Assembly (NCBI RefSeq): GCF_009914755.1
Contig: NC_060925.1
DNA: 64,000 bases
Reading direction: 5' to 3' (one strand)
Source of the DNA: the human T2T-CHM13v2.0 reference genome, Homo sapiens
The notes beneath the pieces were generated by a model that did no database searches, was not told where the DNA came from, and was given only the letters and a program-made list of their open reading frames with translations. Position numbers and translations under genes: made by a program. The first letter of the stretch is position 1. Each line of letters opens with the position of its first letter. Of this stretch, positions 1 to 13,360 are shown piece after piece.

Positions 1-55
1 ACAGAGCGAGATCCTGTCTCAAAAAATAAAAATAAAAAAAATGAAAATAAAATAA
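1..55 (+). mobile_element. Alu 3' end with A-rich tail (cut by window edge)
   Basis: acagagcgagatcctgtctc followed by an A-rich tail. Confidence 0.9.
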
Positions 56-994
56 AACCAGATTATTAGGTTTTTTTTGCTCCTTCTGGTTATTAATCTC
101 TTGTATATTTTCTCCCATTCTGTGGGTTGTCTTTCACTTTGTTGATTGTTTCCTTTGCTGTGCAGAAGCTTTTCAACTTGATGTGATCTCAGTTGTTCAT
201 TTTTGCTTTGGTTGCCTGTGTTTGTGGGGTTTTAAGAAATTTTTACAGAGACCAAAGTCCTGGAGAGTTTCCCCAATGTTTTCTTGTAGTAGTTTCATAG
301 TTTGAGATCTCAGATCTAAGTCTTTAATCCATTTGGTTTGACTTTTGTACATGGTGAGAGACAGGGGTCTAGTTTCATTCTTCTGCATACGGGTATCTAG
401 TTTTCCCAGCACCGTTTATTAAAGAGGCTGTCTTTTCCCCAATGTATGTTTTTGGTACTTTTGTTGAAAAAGGGTTCACTATAGGTGTATAGATTTGTTT
501 CTGGGTTCTCTATTCTGTTCCATTCATCTATCTCTCTATTTTTATGTCAATACCAAGCAGTTTTTGTTACTATAGTTTTGTAGTATAATTTGCAGTCAGA
601 TAATGTGACCCTTCCAGTTTTGTTCTTTTTGCTCAGCATAGCTTTGGCTATACTGGGTCTTTTGTAGTTCCATATAAATTTTAGGATTGTTTTTCTACTT
701 CTGTGAAGAATGTCATTGGTATTTTCATAGAAATTGCACTGAATTTATAGATTACTTTGGGTAGTATGGACATTTTAACAATATTGATTCTTCCAATCCA
801 TGAATATGGAATATCTTTCCACCTTTGTGTGTTCCCTTCAATTTCTTGCATCAATGTTTTGTAGTTTTCATTGTAGAGATCTTTCACTTCTTTGGTTAAT
901 TCCTGGGTATTTATCTGTGGCTACTGTAAATGGAATTACTTTTAAAATTTCTTTTTCAGACTGTTTGCATATAGAAATGCTACTGATTTTTGTA

Positions 995-1063
995 AGCCAA
1001 GATTGCACCACTGCACTTCAGCCTGGGTGACAGAGCAAGACTCTGTCTCAAAAATAAAAAAAA
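995..1063 (+). mobile_element. Severely 5'-truncated Alu nested in the L1
   Basis: Last ~55 nt of the Alu right arm plus poly(A), flanked by agaaatgctac(t/g)gatttttgta at 973-994 and 1064-1085. Confidence 0.9.
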
Positions 1064-2560
1064 AGAAATGCTACGGATTTTTGTATGTTGATTTGTATCC
1101 TGCAACTTTACTGAATTTGTTTATCAGTTCTAATTGTTTTACGGTGGAGTCTTTAGGTTTTCCAAAATATAAGATCCTATAATCTTATGATAAATTAAAC
1201 AAAGATAATTTGACTTCTTCCTTTCCAATTTGGATGCCCTTTATTTCTTTTTCTTGTCTGATTGCTCTAGCTAGGTCTTCCATTATCATGTTGAATAACA
1301 GTGGTGAAAATGGGTTTCCTTGTCATGTTCCAGATCTTACAGTTTTTCCCCATTCACTATGATACTAGCTTTGGGTCTGTCATATAAGACTTTTATTATG
1401 TTGAGGTAAGATGTTCCTTCTATATCTAGCTTGTTAAGGATTTTTTCATGAAGGAATATTGAATTTTATCAAATACTTTTTCAGCATCAATTGAAATGAT
1501 CATATGGTCTTTGTCCTTCATTCTGATGATATAATGTATCACACTGATTTATTCGCACATGTTGAGCCATCCTTGCATCCCTGTAATAAAACCAACTTGG
1601 TTATGATGAGTGATCTTTTTAATGTATCATTGAATTTAGTTTGCTACTATTTTGTTGAGGATTTCTGAATCAATATTCATCAGAGATACTGGCCTGTAGT
1701 TTTCTTTTTTTGATCTTTGTCTGGTTTTGGTATCATGATAATACTGGCCTTATAGAATGAGTTTGGAAGTCTTCCCTCCTCAATTTTTTTGGAATAGTTT
1801 GAGAAGGACTGGTATTAGTTCTTTTTTAAATGTTTGGTAGAATTCAGCAGTGAAGCCACGAGGTCCTAGCCTTTTCTTTACTGGAAAACTTTATTTCAGC
1901 TTCTATCTTGTTATGTGTTACTGGTCTGTTAAGGTTTTGGATTTCTTCATGGTTCAATCTTGGTAGGTTGTATGTGTCTACAAATTTCCCCATTTTCTCT
2001 AGATTTTCTAATTTATTGACATACAGTTAGTTGCTCACAGTAGTCACTTAATGATCCTTTGAATTTCAGTGGTATTGGCTGTAATGTCTACCTTTTCATC
2101 TCTGATTTTATTTGGGTCTTCTCTTTTTTTTTTTTAGTCTGGCTAAAAGTTGGTCAATTTTATTTGCCTTTTCAAAACACCAAGTTTTCATTTTGATGAC
2201 TGTATTCTTTCCTTCATTTCAGTTTGATTTATTTATTTCTGCTCTGATTTTTATTTTATTTATTATTTTATTATTTCTTTTCTTCTACTAATTTTGGGTT
2301 TGTTTACTCTTGCTTTTCTGGTTCTTTAGGATGCACCATTAGGTTATTGGAAGTTTTTCTTCTTTTTTGATGCAGGCGCTATAAACTTCTCTCTTGGTAC
2401 TGCTTTCACTGTATCTTACAGGTTTTGGTATATTTCGTTTTCACCATTGTTAAAGAAATTTTTCAATTTTCTTAATTTCTTCATTGACTCACTGGTCATT
2501 CAGGAGCATACTGTTTAATTTCCATGTCTCTGTATAGTTTCCAAAATTATTCTTGTTATT

Positions 2561-2627
2561 TACAGGCCAGTATCTCTGATGAATATTGATTCAGAAATCC
2601 TCAAAAAAATAGTAGCAAACTAAATTC
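2561..2627 (+). repeat. 67-bp inverted copy of 1632-1698
   Basis: 66/67 identity to the reverse complement of 1632-1698. Confidence 0.95.
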
Positions 2628-5600
2628 TGTAGTTTCATTTGATTGTGGTCAGAGAAGATGCTTAATATTATTTCAGTTTTTGAATAAGACTTATTTTGTG
2701 GCCTAATATATGGTCTATCCTTGAGAATGATTTATGTGCCGAGAAGAATGTGTACTGTACAGTCATTCGATGAAATGTTCTGTAAATATCTGTTAGATTC
2801 ACTGTTGTACAGTATAGACTAAGTCTGATGTTTCTTTGATTTTCTGTCTGAAAGATCTGTCCAATGCTGACAGTGGTACGTTGGAGTCTCCAGCTACTAT
2901 TGTATTGGGGTCTCTCTCTCTCTTTACCTCTAATAATATTTCCTTTATGTATCTGGGTGCTTCAGTGTTGGATGCATATATATTTATAATTATTATATCC
3001 TTTTGCTGAATTGACCCCTTTATCATTATATAATGACCTTGTCTCTTCTTATAGTTTTTGTCTTGAAATCTATTTTGTCTGATATAACTATAGCTACTCC
3101 TGCTCTTTTTTTGTTTCCACTGGGATGGAATATCTTTTTGCATTCCTTTATTTTCAGTCTGTGTGTAACTTTATAGGTGAAGTGTGTCTCTTGTAGGCAA
3201 CAGATCATTGGGTCTTGATTTTTTAATCCACTCAGTTACTCTATGTCTTTTGATAGGAGAGTTTTTAGTCCATTTACATTCAATGTCATTATTGATTAGG
3301 TAAGGACTTGCTTCTGCCATTCTGTTATTTGTTTTCTGGTCTTCTCTTTCTTCTTTCCTTGCTTCCTGTCTTCCTTTAGTGAAGGTAGTTTTCTCTGTTG
3401 GTATATTTTAATGTATTGCTTTTTATTTTTGTATATATGTTTTTTGATTTGAGGTTATCATGAGGCTTGCAAGTATCTTATAACCCATTATTATTAAGCT
3501 GATGACAACTTAACACTGATTGCATAAACAAATAGGCAAAAAAAAACTAATAAAAACATTTTCACTTAATTCCCTGACTTTTTAACTTTTTGTTGCTTAT
3601 GTCTTATTGTCCCATGTTTTGAAAAGTTATCCTAGTTATTATTTTTGATTGGTTCATCAACTAGTCTTTCTACTTAAGAGTAGTTTACAAACCATAATTA
3701 CAGTGTTATAATATTCTGATTTGTGTGTTTACTATTACCAGTGAGTTTTGTACCTTCATATAATTTCTTATTGCTCATTAACATACTTTTCCTTCTGACT
3801 GAAGAATTCCCTTTAGCATTTCTTATAGGACAGGTGTAGTGCTGACAAAATCCCTCAGCTTTTGTTTGTCTGACAGTCTTTATTTCTTCTTCATGCTTGA
3901 AGGATATTTTCACAAGATACACTGTTCTAGGGTAAATTTTTTTTTGTTTGTTTTTCCTTTAGCACTTTAAATATGTCATGCCACTCTCTCCTAGCCTGTT
4001 TAGGTTTCCACTGAAAAGTCTGCTGCCAGATGTGTTGGAGCTCCATTATATGTTGTTTCTTTTTTTCTTGATGCTTTTAGGATGCTTTCTTTACCCTTGA
4101 CCTCTGGGAGCTTGATTATTAAATGCCTTGAGGTAGTCTTCTTTAGGTTAAAACTGTTCTATAACCTTCTTGTGCTTGAATGTTGGTATCTTTTTCTAGA
4201 TTTGGGAAGTTCTCTGACACTATCCCTCTGAATAAACTTTCTATCCCTGTCTCTTTCTCGATCTCCTCCTTAAGGCCAATAACTCTTAGATTTGCCCTTT
4301 TGAGGCTGTTTTCTAGATCTTTTAAGTGTGTTTTATTCTTTTGTTTCCTCTGTGTATTTTTAAGTAGTCTGTCTTCAAGCTCACAAATTCTTCTGCTTAA
4401 TTCTGCTATTAAGAGACTGATGCATTCTTCACTATGTCAATTCCATTTTTCAACTCTAGAATTTCTGCTTGGTTCTTTTTAATTATTTCAATCTCTTTTT
4501 TATATTTATATGATAGAATTCTGAATTTGCTTTCTGTGTTATCTTAAATTTCTTTGAGTTTCCTCAAAACAGTTATTTTGAATTCTCTGAAAGGTTGCAT
4601 ATCTCTTTCTCCAGGACTGGTCCCTGGTGTCTTATTTAGTTTGGTGAGGTTGTGTTTCCCTGGATGATCTCGATGATTGTGGATAGTCATTGGCGTTTAA
4701 ACATTGAAGAGTTAGAATTTATTGTAGTCTTCGCAATTTGGGCACGTTTGTGCCCATTTTTCTTGGTAAGGTTTTCCAGGTATTGGAAGAGAATTGGGTC
4801 CCAAGCCGAATAACACTGTGGTTCTTGAAAACTCATAGAGGTAGTGACATGGTAGTCTTGGATAAGATCCAGAAGAATTATCTGGATTATCAGACAGAGA
4901 CTCTTGTTCTCTTCCCTTATTTTCTCCCAAACAAATGGAGTCTCTCCTGTGCTGAGCCACTTGGATCCTGGGGTGGAGTGATGCAAAAACCCTGTGGCCA
5001 CCACCACTGGGACTGCACTGGGTTGTATCTGGAGCCAGTACAGCACTGGGTCTCGCCCAAGGCCCACTGCAATCACTACCTGGCTACCACCTATCTTTAC
5101 TCAAGGCCCTAGGGCTCTACAATTAGCAGGTGGGGAAGCCAGCCAGGTTTTTGTCCTTTCCTTCAGGGAAGCAAGTTACCCCAGGCCCTGGGTGGGTCCA
5201 GAGATGCTATCTGGGAGCTAGGGATTGGAGGAAAAAACCTTAGAAATCTACCTGGTGTTCTATTTTACTGAGGCTAAGCTGGCCCTAAAACCATAAGACA
5301 AGTCAGTCCTTCCCTCCCTTTTCCACAGGCAGAGGAGCCTCTCCCACTCCCAGTTGCCACCACCACCACCAGCCCATGGAGAGCTCTGCCAGGCCACTGC
5401 CGATATTCACTGAAAGCCCAAGTGCTCTTCAGTCAGCTGTGGTGAATGCTGCCAACCCCAGAACTCACCCTTCAGGGCAGTGGGCTCCCCTCTGGCCCAC
5501 GACAAGTCCAGAAGGCTATCCAAGGCTTGTCTGGTCCAAAGCTGTCCAAGAGCCTAGGCATGGAATCAGGCACCCCAACAGCCCGCTTGGCGTTCTAGCC

Positions 5601-7269
5601 CATTGTGGCTGAGCTGGTACCTACGGTACAAGGTAAAGTCCCCTTTACTTTTCCCTCTACTTTTCTGAAGCAGAAGGAGTCTTTTACTGTAGCTACCACA
5701 GCTGGGAATGTGCTGGGTCTCACCTGAAGCCAGCACATCTCAGAGTATCACCCAAGGCCCACAGCATACTAACTGGGCATTGCTGTTGGCTATTGAGGAC
5801 CCAAGGGCTCTTTAGTCTGCAGGTGATGAATCCTGCAGGACTGGCTCCTTCCCTTCAAGGCAGTGGGTTCCCTTCTGACCCAGGATGTGTCTAGAAATGT
5901 CATCTGGGAGGTAGGCCGTGGAATGGGGGCTTCAAGACTCTGCCCAGTGCCCTATCCTACTGTGGCTGAGCAGGTATCCAAGATGTAAGACAAAGTCCTC
6001 CTTACTCTTTGCTCTCCTCTTCTCAAACAGAAGGAAGGAGTCAGAGGGATGGCACGAGCACTCCCTTTGTTGCCCTAGCTGATGTCTCCCTAGGTCATGT
6101 GCTGCCCTGGTCCACTGTCTCTAAGCCCACCGCAGCACTAGGACTTGCCTAGGAATTACAGTCCTGTGGCCTAGACTGCCTTTCAAGTATATTTAGGACC
6201 CCAGATATCTTTGGCCCGCAGTGGTGAGGTTTATCAAAACTCAAGTTCCTATCACTCGGATGGACGATTACCCTCTGGCTAGGGCTAGTCCAAATGCTCC
6301 TTCTATGTGTGGGTGCTGGCTGAGCCCTGCATGGCTTTGCTCTCTGCTTTGACAGGGCAGTACTGAGTTCAATGCCAAATCTCCCAGTTGCTGTGTTCTC
6401 CCTCTCCAAGTGCACAGATTCTCTCTCCACGCCACAGGGCTGCTGCGGGATTGAGAAGGGGTGGTGTCAGCGATTTAAGACTGTGTTTCCTACCCTCTTC
6501 AGTGCCTCTTTTAATAATATGAAGTTAAAACCAGGTACTGTGATTGCTCATCTGATTTTTGGTTCTTATGACAGTGCTCTTTTATGTGTAGTTATTTGTT
6601 AAAATTTGGTGTTCCTGCTGGGGCGACAATTGGTGGAGGGGCCTATTTGGCAATCTTGCTCCACATTCAGTTTATTATTTAAACCAATTTAAAGACTAAT
6701 TAATTTTAGTCTTTAATTTAACCTTTTTCCTTTTACTTAAACCCTTTAGAAGAATGTTCCCATTTATTTCCTACAGTGTGGAGTGCAATGACAGACATGA
6801 TAATACAATGAAGGTCTAAACAATGATGAACAGGATATTTAGCTTATAGTTACTAGCTGCAAAATCACTACTATATTCTGTTTGATTTCTGGATTCTTTT
6901 TTCTTCCACATGTGCTCCTGAAGTTAAACAGATTATTTCTTTCCTCACATGTACTCTGCAGCAATTCTTTCTTATTTTTGATCATGTCTCCATTTTAGGA
7001 ATATTTCCTTTAAGGACTGAGTTTTCTTGTATCTCCAAATTGTGTGCCTCATCAAATATAGTATGCTTTTATTCTACCAAATGAGGTGTTGACGAAAATA
7101 TTAAATACATAGCTCAGGATTGGTACAAGGAAACTATCATTTATTTTATCTCTTTAACACTAAGCCACTGGTAACACTGCTGTTTCTTCTGCATAAAATT
7201 GTGTAGCCCCTGGTTTTTAACTGCTAAATACATTTTATCACACTGAATCAAGAGCCATATTCCTAGATT

Positions 7270-7450
7270 AAGATACATACATATATACACACATATATGT
7301 ATATATACATATATATGTATATTCCTGTACAGGTGTGTGTATATATATGTACACACACACACACACATACATACACACATACATATTCCAAGCTGTTCTT
7401 ACAGCTTGTATATATACAGGCAATGTATATATACACACATATATATTCCA
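7270..7450. repeat. Compound (TA)n/(CA)n microsatellite
   Basis: Alternating purine-pyrimidine tract visible directly. Confidence 0.9.
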
Positions 7451-9187
7451 AGTGGAAAATTCTCTTCAGTGTAACTGGATTTTTTTTTTTTGACCATGAT
7501 TCTGATGCTCTAATTCAATTCACACTTGATCTACCATCTCTACTAATGTCAGCTCTAAAGATACAAGAGTAATAACAAAGCTGCATAGAGGGGCTAGATT
7601 TTCCCATGATATGGCTAACGAGAAAATTTTGTTATATCCAGTAATTTACTTAAAATATAAATTTTATTTAAAAAACAGTGTTTCAAGTGAATGTATGATA
7701 AGTGAGGCACTCAAGCAAACTGGCTGTGAGAAATTCGAAGTAGTAATAAAAAATTTTGAGTTAGTAATATAGTTTTAGGTAAATTTTAATAGTATTTCTA
7801 AGCCTGGAATGTACTGTCTCTCCTTATGAGATCTGTGACTCTATAATAGATGATTAATCTGACAATTTAGAAGCTTGCAAATGCCTTTTATGATTATTTT
7901 TCTATATATATATATAAGTTAAGCTTTCAGCTGCAGGTTCTAGGTATTTTCCTTTCTTTCTAGGAAACAATGTAGATACAGTAACATCTTATTTAACTGG
8001 CATCTTTATGGAATGAGGGAGTATATATCAGTAGATTTTTCAAATAATTGGATCATTAACATTTCAGCATCCAAAAATTAAAAACATCATCCCTGTAAAC
8101 TTTTGCATATAATTATTTCTAACACATCTTACTTCTCATTACTCTATATGGAGAACATGGACAATGATTTAACCTTTTTCTGACGATTCTCAGTCAACAT
8201 CACAAACTGATTATATCCCTCAATTTCTGGCACCAAGTAAATGTCTGGGAATATGATTGAACAAAAACATCATTTACTGTACACACTATAAAAGATGCCT
8301 TTACAGTGCACTAAGGTATATAAGGCTATTTGGTCTTTCACCAAATGGACCCAGACTACTTTTGCTTTTTGTTGAGTTTGATTTTTGTCTTTTCCTTTTT
8401 TAAGCAGCTTTTCCTCAGCCATAGGATATTCATTTATCCTTTATTATTATCAGTGTACCTGAACTCTTTAAAATTTTCTACCTCTCATCTGCTAAGGATT
8501 GGAAATCAGACAAGCAAGTTCCTCAAGCTGTGTCTAAAACTGGGAAACTGTCTCTGACTGATAGTCTGGGAATGGTCTCACAACATGATTTGTAGAAAGC
8601 TTTATTATAGATCTGTGTATTTTATGTTCATGTTGGTTTTATCTTGGTTTTAGGCTATATTCTTTTTTTAAACTTTTGGGGAGCATTTCTAAGCATAGAC
8701 TATATTCTTAATCAGTGATTTTCAATTTTTTTTAACATTCTATGGAAGCTTGTATTCAAATAGAATCTGGAATGACAAGTAAATAAAGCCAACATTAAAG
8801 TGGCACTGCTCTGGGTGGTGATCTGTAGCCCGTGCACACTTCGCCTTCTTGCCTCTCTACCAGTTGCCATCAGTGTCACCACAAATGGGTAACATGTCTT
8901 TGGACAAGTTAGAAGTAACTCTTTTTACTGGCTGTCTTTCTGTTTCCGGACATTTGTCTAATCCTCCACAAAATAATGGAACTAACTTGTTAATCAATAG
9001 TTACAAGATAACTTTCTGACCAGCCCACTCCTCAGTTTTCTTAAGTTTTCTCTATGAATAAAAACCAGAAAGTAACAGTATATATTCCAAAAAGCTGACA
9101 AAATACAGCAAAATACAAGGACTTGATTCTCTGGACGTCTTTCTTATTAGGTGTAAGCAATAATTAAGGATCAAAACTTCATTTGAA

Positions 9188-9561
<374 letters not shown>

Positions 9562-11037
9562 TCAAATATAAATGGGCATTTCAAACTCTTTCTCCACATG
9601 GGCTACAACAGTAAAAGCTAACTTAAATAGATGATATCCAAATTGATAAATAGCTACTGTAAACATGACAAGCAAACAACTAAAAGGAAAACAATCAAAG
9701 GCAGTATTACTGATTATTCATCCCTTTTAAGGCAACTGATCAAATGTACATCTACACAGATGTTCTTAAGAGCAAGTTTGCTTTGGGAACTGCAGCTAAA
9801 ACAACTACATTTACTTTAACATCATATTAAAATTGCTGGAGAGAGAGGAATTGGAGTAAAATAGGTACAGTGTAAACAAGCAGTTGAACCTAAAGAATGG
9901 ATAATATATGTGCTCTATCCACACGGTGGTCTTCTAATCATTCAGACTCACAAAACTACTGTTGGGTACAATTAGCATCAATTATTCGGAAATATTTCAG
10001 ACAGAAACCATTCCAAATTTGCCATCAGGGTAGTGTCAGACTGGAGTCCTTGAGGTAATTCATGTGACAGCTTATCCAGCCACCCAGGAGGTTTCTTCTC
10101 TCCAGGAGATATAACTCAGATATTAGGGGAAGAGATCCATATCAGCAGATGTGGGGTCTATCTTGGCTTAGAAGTCCTGGTACTTCACAAGTGCCACAAT
10201 ATAACAGTAGCTTCTAGGGTCACACAAGGGGTATGCCAATTACAAGTAACTCAGGACATTCCAAAGTACAGTGTCCCCATCAGGTATTTATCATTCCTTT
10301 GCAGTTCTTCCCAGTCCAAATTAATTTACCAATCAAGGGGTCATTTTTGTCATAATGTTACTTAGTAATATAACTAACATCCTTAACCCCATCAGGTTAC
10401 CAAATAACTTAGATAGCCATTTTAATCTAAAGCCAGATTTTCATTCAGCAGGGGAAAATGTAGTCAATATCCTAATATGGTATCAAACTTATATAATCAG
10501 AATTTCCATATCGAAGTTTAATTTGAAATACTTTGGGGATATCATAGGACTTTGCCAACTCTGTCTGTTCCACTTTGACTATAAGAATTTCTCCCACAGC
10601 ACATGTTCCTTGTTCCTTTGTTATTTTCTTTTTACGTAAGTATACCTAAGTGAATTGGGCTACAATATATTTTGCTACATCTGATTGTTTAAACCAGGGG
10701 GATCTGATAGAATAATACTAAAACAATATAACAATGCTACAGCATATCTGGACAAAGAGATGCATGAGGATATTTAAGGAAATAGGGGACTTTGCAATTC
10801 CACTTCTGTAAATTTTTCCCCCAAGGAAAATTGTCCCAACCCCAAGACTTCATGTTAATAAATGGTATGTCATTTGGCTCTATTACCCAGCTGCTCAAGT
10901 CAAGAATTTGGGCTCCATCCTTGAATTCTACTTTCCTCATCCTCTATATTGAATCCACAAACAACTCCTACTAGAGAGTATATTCTAAAATATATGATGT
11001 CTAATTATCCATTTCTCTTTACTTCATTGTTACTACC

Positions 11038-11288
11038 TGTTATGAGTTTAATTGTGTCTCCCAAAAATATGTTAAAGTTCTAACTCCTTGTACCTCACAA
11101 TGGGTACCTTATTTGGAAACACACAAGGAATGCCAAGAATTGCCAGCAAACACCAGAAGCCCGAAGAGGCAAAGGATTCTCCCCTACAGGTTTCAGAGGG
11201 AGAATGGCCCTGCTAACAATACATTTCTGTTGTTTTAAGCCACCTAGTTTGTGGCACTTTGTTACAGCTGTCCTAGGAAATTAATACC
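11038..11288 (+). mobile_element. MaLR solo LTR (MLT1B/C-like), internally deleted
   Basis: tgttatgagtttaattgtgtctccc start; ttttaagccacctagtttgtggcactttgttacagc...aatac end. Confidence 0.85.
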
Positions 11289-11392
11289 CCACATCAGTAC
11301 AAACCTCCACCATTTCCTACCTAGACAAAGGCAGTAACTTCATATTTGTTCCCCTTCCCCACTACAATCTGTTCTTCAGACAGCAGTTAAAA

Positions 11393-11905
11393 CAGGGGTC
11401 CCCAATCCCTGTTACCTGTCCATGGCCTGTTAGGAACTGGGCTACACAACAGGAGGTGAGTGGCAGGCAAGTGAGCAAAGCTTCATCTGTATTTACAGTT
11501 GTTCCTCATCACTCACATTACCATCTGAGCTCTGCCTCTTGTCAGATCAGTGGCAGCATTAGATTCTCACAGGAATGCCAACCCTTATTGTGAACTGCAC
11601 ATATGAGGGATCTAAGTTGTATGCTCCTTATGAGAATCTAATGCCTGATGATCTGACAGTGCCTCCCATCACCCCTAGATGGGACCATCTAGTTGCAGGA
11701 AAACAAGCTCAGGGCTTCCACTGATTCTATATTATAGTGAGTTGTATAATTATCTCATAATATATTGCAATGTAATAATAATATAAAGTGCACAATAAAT
11801 GTAATGCATTTGAATCATCCTGAAACCATCCCCCTGACCCCAGTCCATGGTAAAATTGTCTTCCACGAAACCTGTCCCTGGTGTCAAAAAGGTTGGGGAC
11901 CACTG
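11393..11905 (+). mobile_element. MER1A (hAT-Charlie DNA transposon)
   Basis: TIRs caggggtccccaa / ttggggaccactg; internal sequence matches recalled MER1A; degenerate 8-bp TSD agttaaaa/agttagat. Confidence 0.92.
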
Positions 11906-12027
11906 AGTTAGATAAATGACCTTTTCTTAGTTAAGCCAGATTATGTCATACCTTGCTTTTAAATCCTTCAACAGCTTCTTACTGTTTTTAGAATAAAGTT
12001 CAAAACTCTTACCATGGCCTAGAATAG

Positions 12028-12525
12028 CAGTTCTTAAAACATTTTGGTTTCAGGATCCCTTTATAGTAACTCTTTGGAGTTACTCTTCAGAATTACTGAG
12101 GACCTCAAAGAACTTTTGTTTATGTGGTTTAAATCTATCAATATTTACCATATTAGAAATTAATGCCAGTAAATTTAAAAACCATCATGTTACTATATAT
12201 TTTACATATAACATAAAAACATGTTACATGTTTTACACTTAACATAAATTATACGTAACATAATTTTAAAAATGAAAATATTTTTCCAGATTAAAAAAAA
12301 ACACAATGAGAAGAGTGGTATCATTTTAGATTTTTGCAAATTTCTTTAATACCTGGTTAAATAGAAAATAATTGGATATGCATATCTAGTTCTGCATTCA
12401 ATCTGTTGTGACAACACAAGTGATATAGCTTTTGAAATATGCTATTGCATGCTCATGACAATGAGTATGAAAAAGGCAAATAATGTCTTGGAATTATAAA
12501 ATAATCCTGACCTCATAGACCTGCT
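12028..12525. mobile_element. Charlie1-family (Charlie1b-like) hAT element
   Basis: gaggacctcaaagaacttttgtttatgtgg and tctgcattcaatctgttg motifs. Confidence 0.75.
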
Positions 12526-12857
12526 GCACTCAAAAAATTTCACTGAGTGAATAAATGATTCATAGATTTATGTAAATATTTATCTGCAAGGATGTTCATG
12601 GCTTAAATTCATTCATTCAAGAAATACTGACAGCTCCCAGTGTGAGCGACGCAGAAGACGGGTGATTTCTGCATTTCAACTGAGGTACCGGGGTCATCTC
12701 ACTGGGGAGTGTCAGAAAGTGGGTGCAGGACAGTGAGTGCAGCGCACTGAGCGTGAGCCAAAGCAGGGCAAGGCATCGCCTCACCCGGGAAGCGCAAGGG
12801 GTCAGGGAATTCCCTTTCCTAGTCAAAAGAAAGGGGTGACAGCCGGCATCTGGAAAA

Positions 12858-13040
12858 TCAGGTCACTCCCACTCTAATACTGCACTTTTCCAATGGTCTT
12901 AGCAAACAGCACACCAGGAGATTATATCCCGTGCCTGGCTCAGAGGGTCCTATGCCCACGGAGCCTCGCTCATTGCTAGCACAGCAGTCTGAGATCAAAC
13001 TGCAAGGCGGCAGTGAGGCTGGGGGAGGGGCGCCTGCCAT
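12858..13040 (-). CDS. L1 ORF0 (antisense), truncated to 60 aa
   Basis: MAGAPPPASLPPCSLISDCCASNERGSVG...IRVGVT* matches primate L1 ORF0; premature TGA where the consensus has Arg. Confidence 0.8.
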   Translation of the reverse strand: MAGAPPPASLPPCSLISDCCASNERGSVGIGPSEPGTGYNLLVCCLLRPLEKCSIRVGVT

Positions 13041-13360
13041 TGCCGAGGCTTGAGTAGGTAAACAAAGCGGCCAGGAAGCTCCAACTGGGTGGAGCCCACC
13101 GCAGCTCAAGGAGGCCTGCCTGCCTCTGTAGACTCCACCTCTGCGGGCAGGGCATAGTCAAACAAAAGGCAGCAGAAACCTCTGCAGACTTAAATGTCCC
13201 TGTCTGACAGCTTTGAAGAGAGTAGTGGTTCTCCCAGCACATAGCTGGAGATCTGAGAACAGACAGACTGCCTCCTCAAGTGGGTCCCTGACCCTCGAGT
13301 AGCCTAACTAGGAGGCACCCCCCAGCAGGGGCAGATTGACACCTCACACGGCCGGGTACT

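Larger units (their letters stand above)
56..6665 (-). mobile_element. Old LINE-1 (L1M/L1MA-type) with retained 5' end, long GC-richer 5'UTR and decayed ORF1/ORF2
   Basis: Minus-strand ORF fragments match ORF2p (ICCLQETHFTYK..., KDLYNENYK...[17 protein letters not shown]). The revcomp of ~6641-6664 (gtggagcaagattgccaaataggc) resembles the L1 5' terminus. 5'UTR spans ~4700-6665. Confidence 0.92.
10860..12560 (+). mobile_element. Fragmented L2 hosting MLT1, MER1A and Charlie1 insertions
   Basis: L2-like segments (tttagaataaagttcaaaactcttaccatggcc; tail tgagtgaataaatga) lie between the younger inserts. Confidence 0.6.

Noticed and set aside
8143-8250. Minus-strand protein-like frame (PDIYLVPEIEGYNQFVMLTENRQKKVK...)
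   Set aside because: Short, ends in a stop, has weak splice signals and matches no protein I recognise.
9950-10700. Unique-looking segment, possibly ancient LTR-retroelement internal sequence
   Set aside because: No identifiable motif by eye; a Dfam search is needed.
12065-12084. Small hairpin agtaactc-tttg-gagttact in Charlie1
   Set aside because: An isolated 8-bp stem could be chance or a minor fold-back; too weak on its own.
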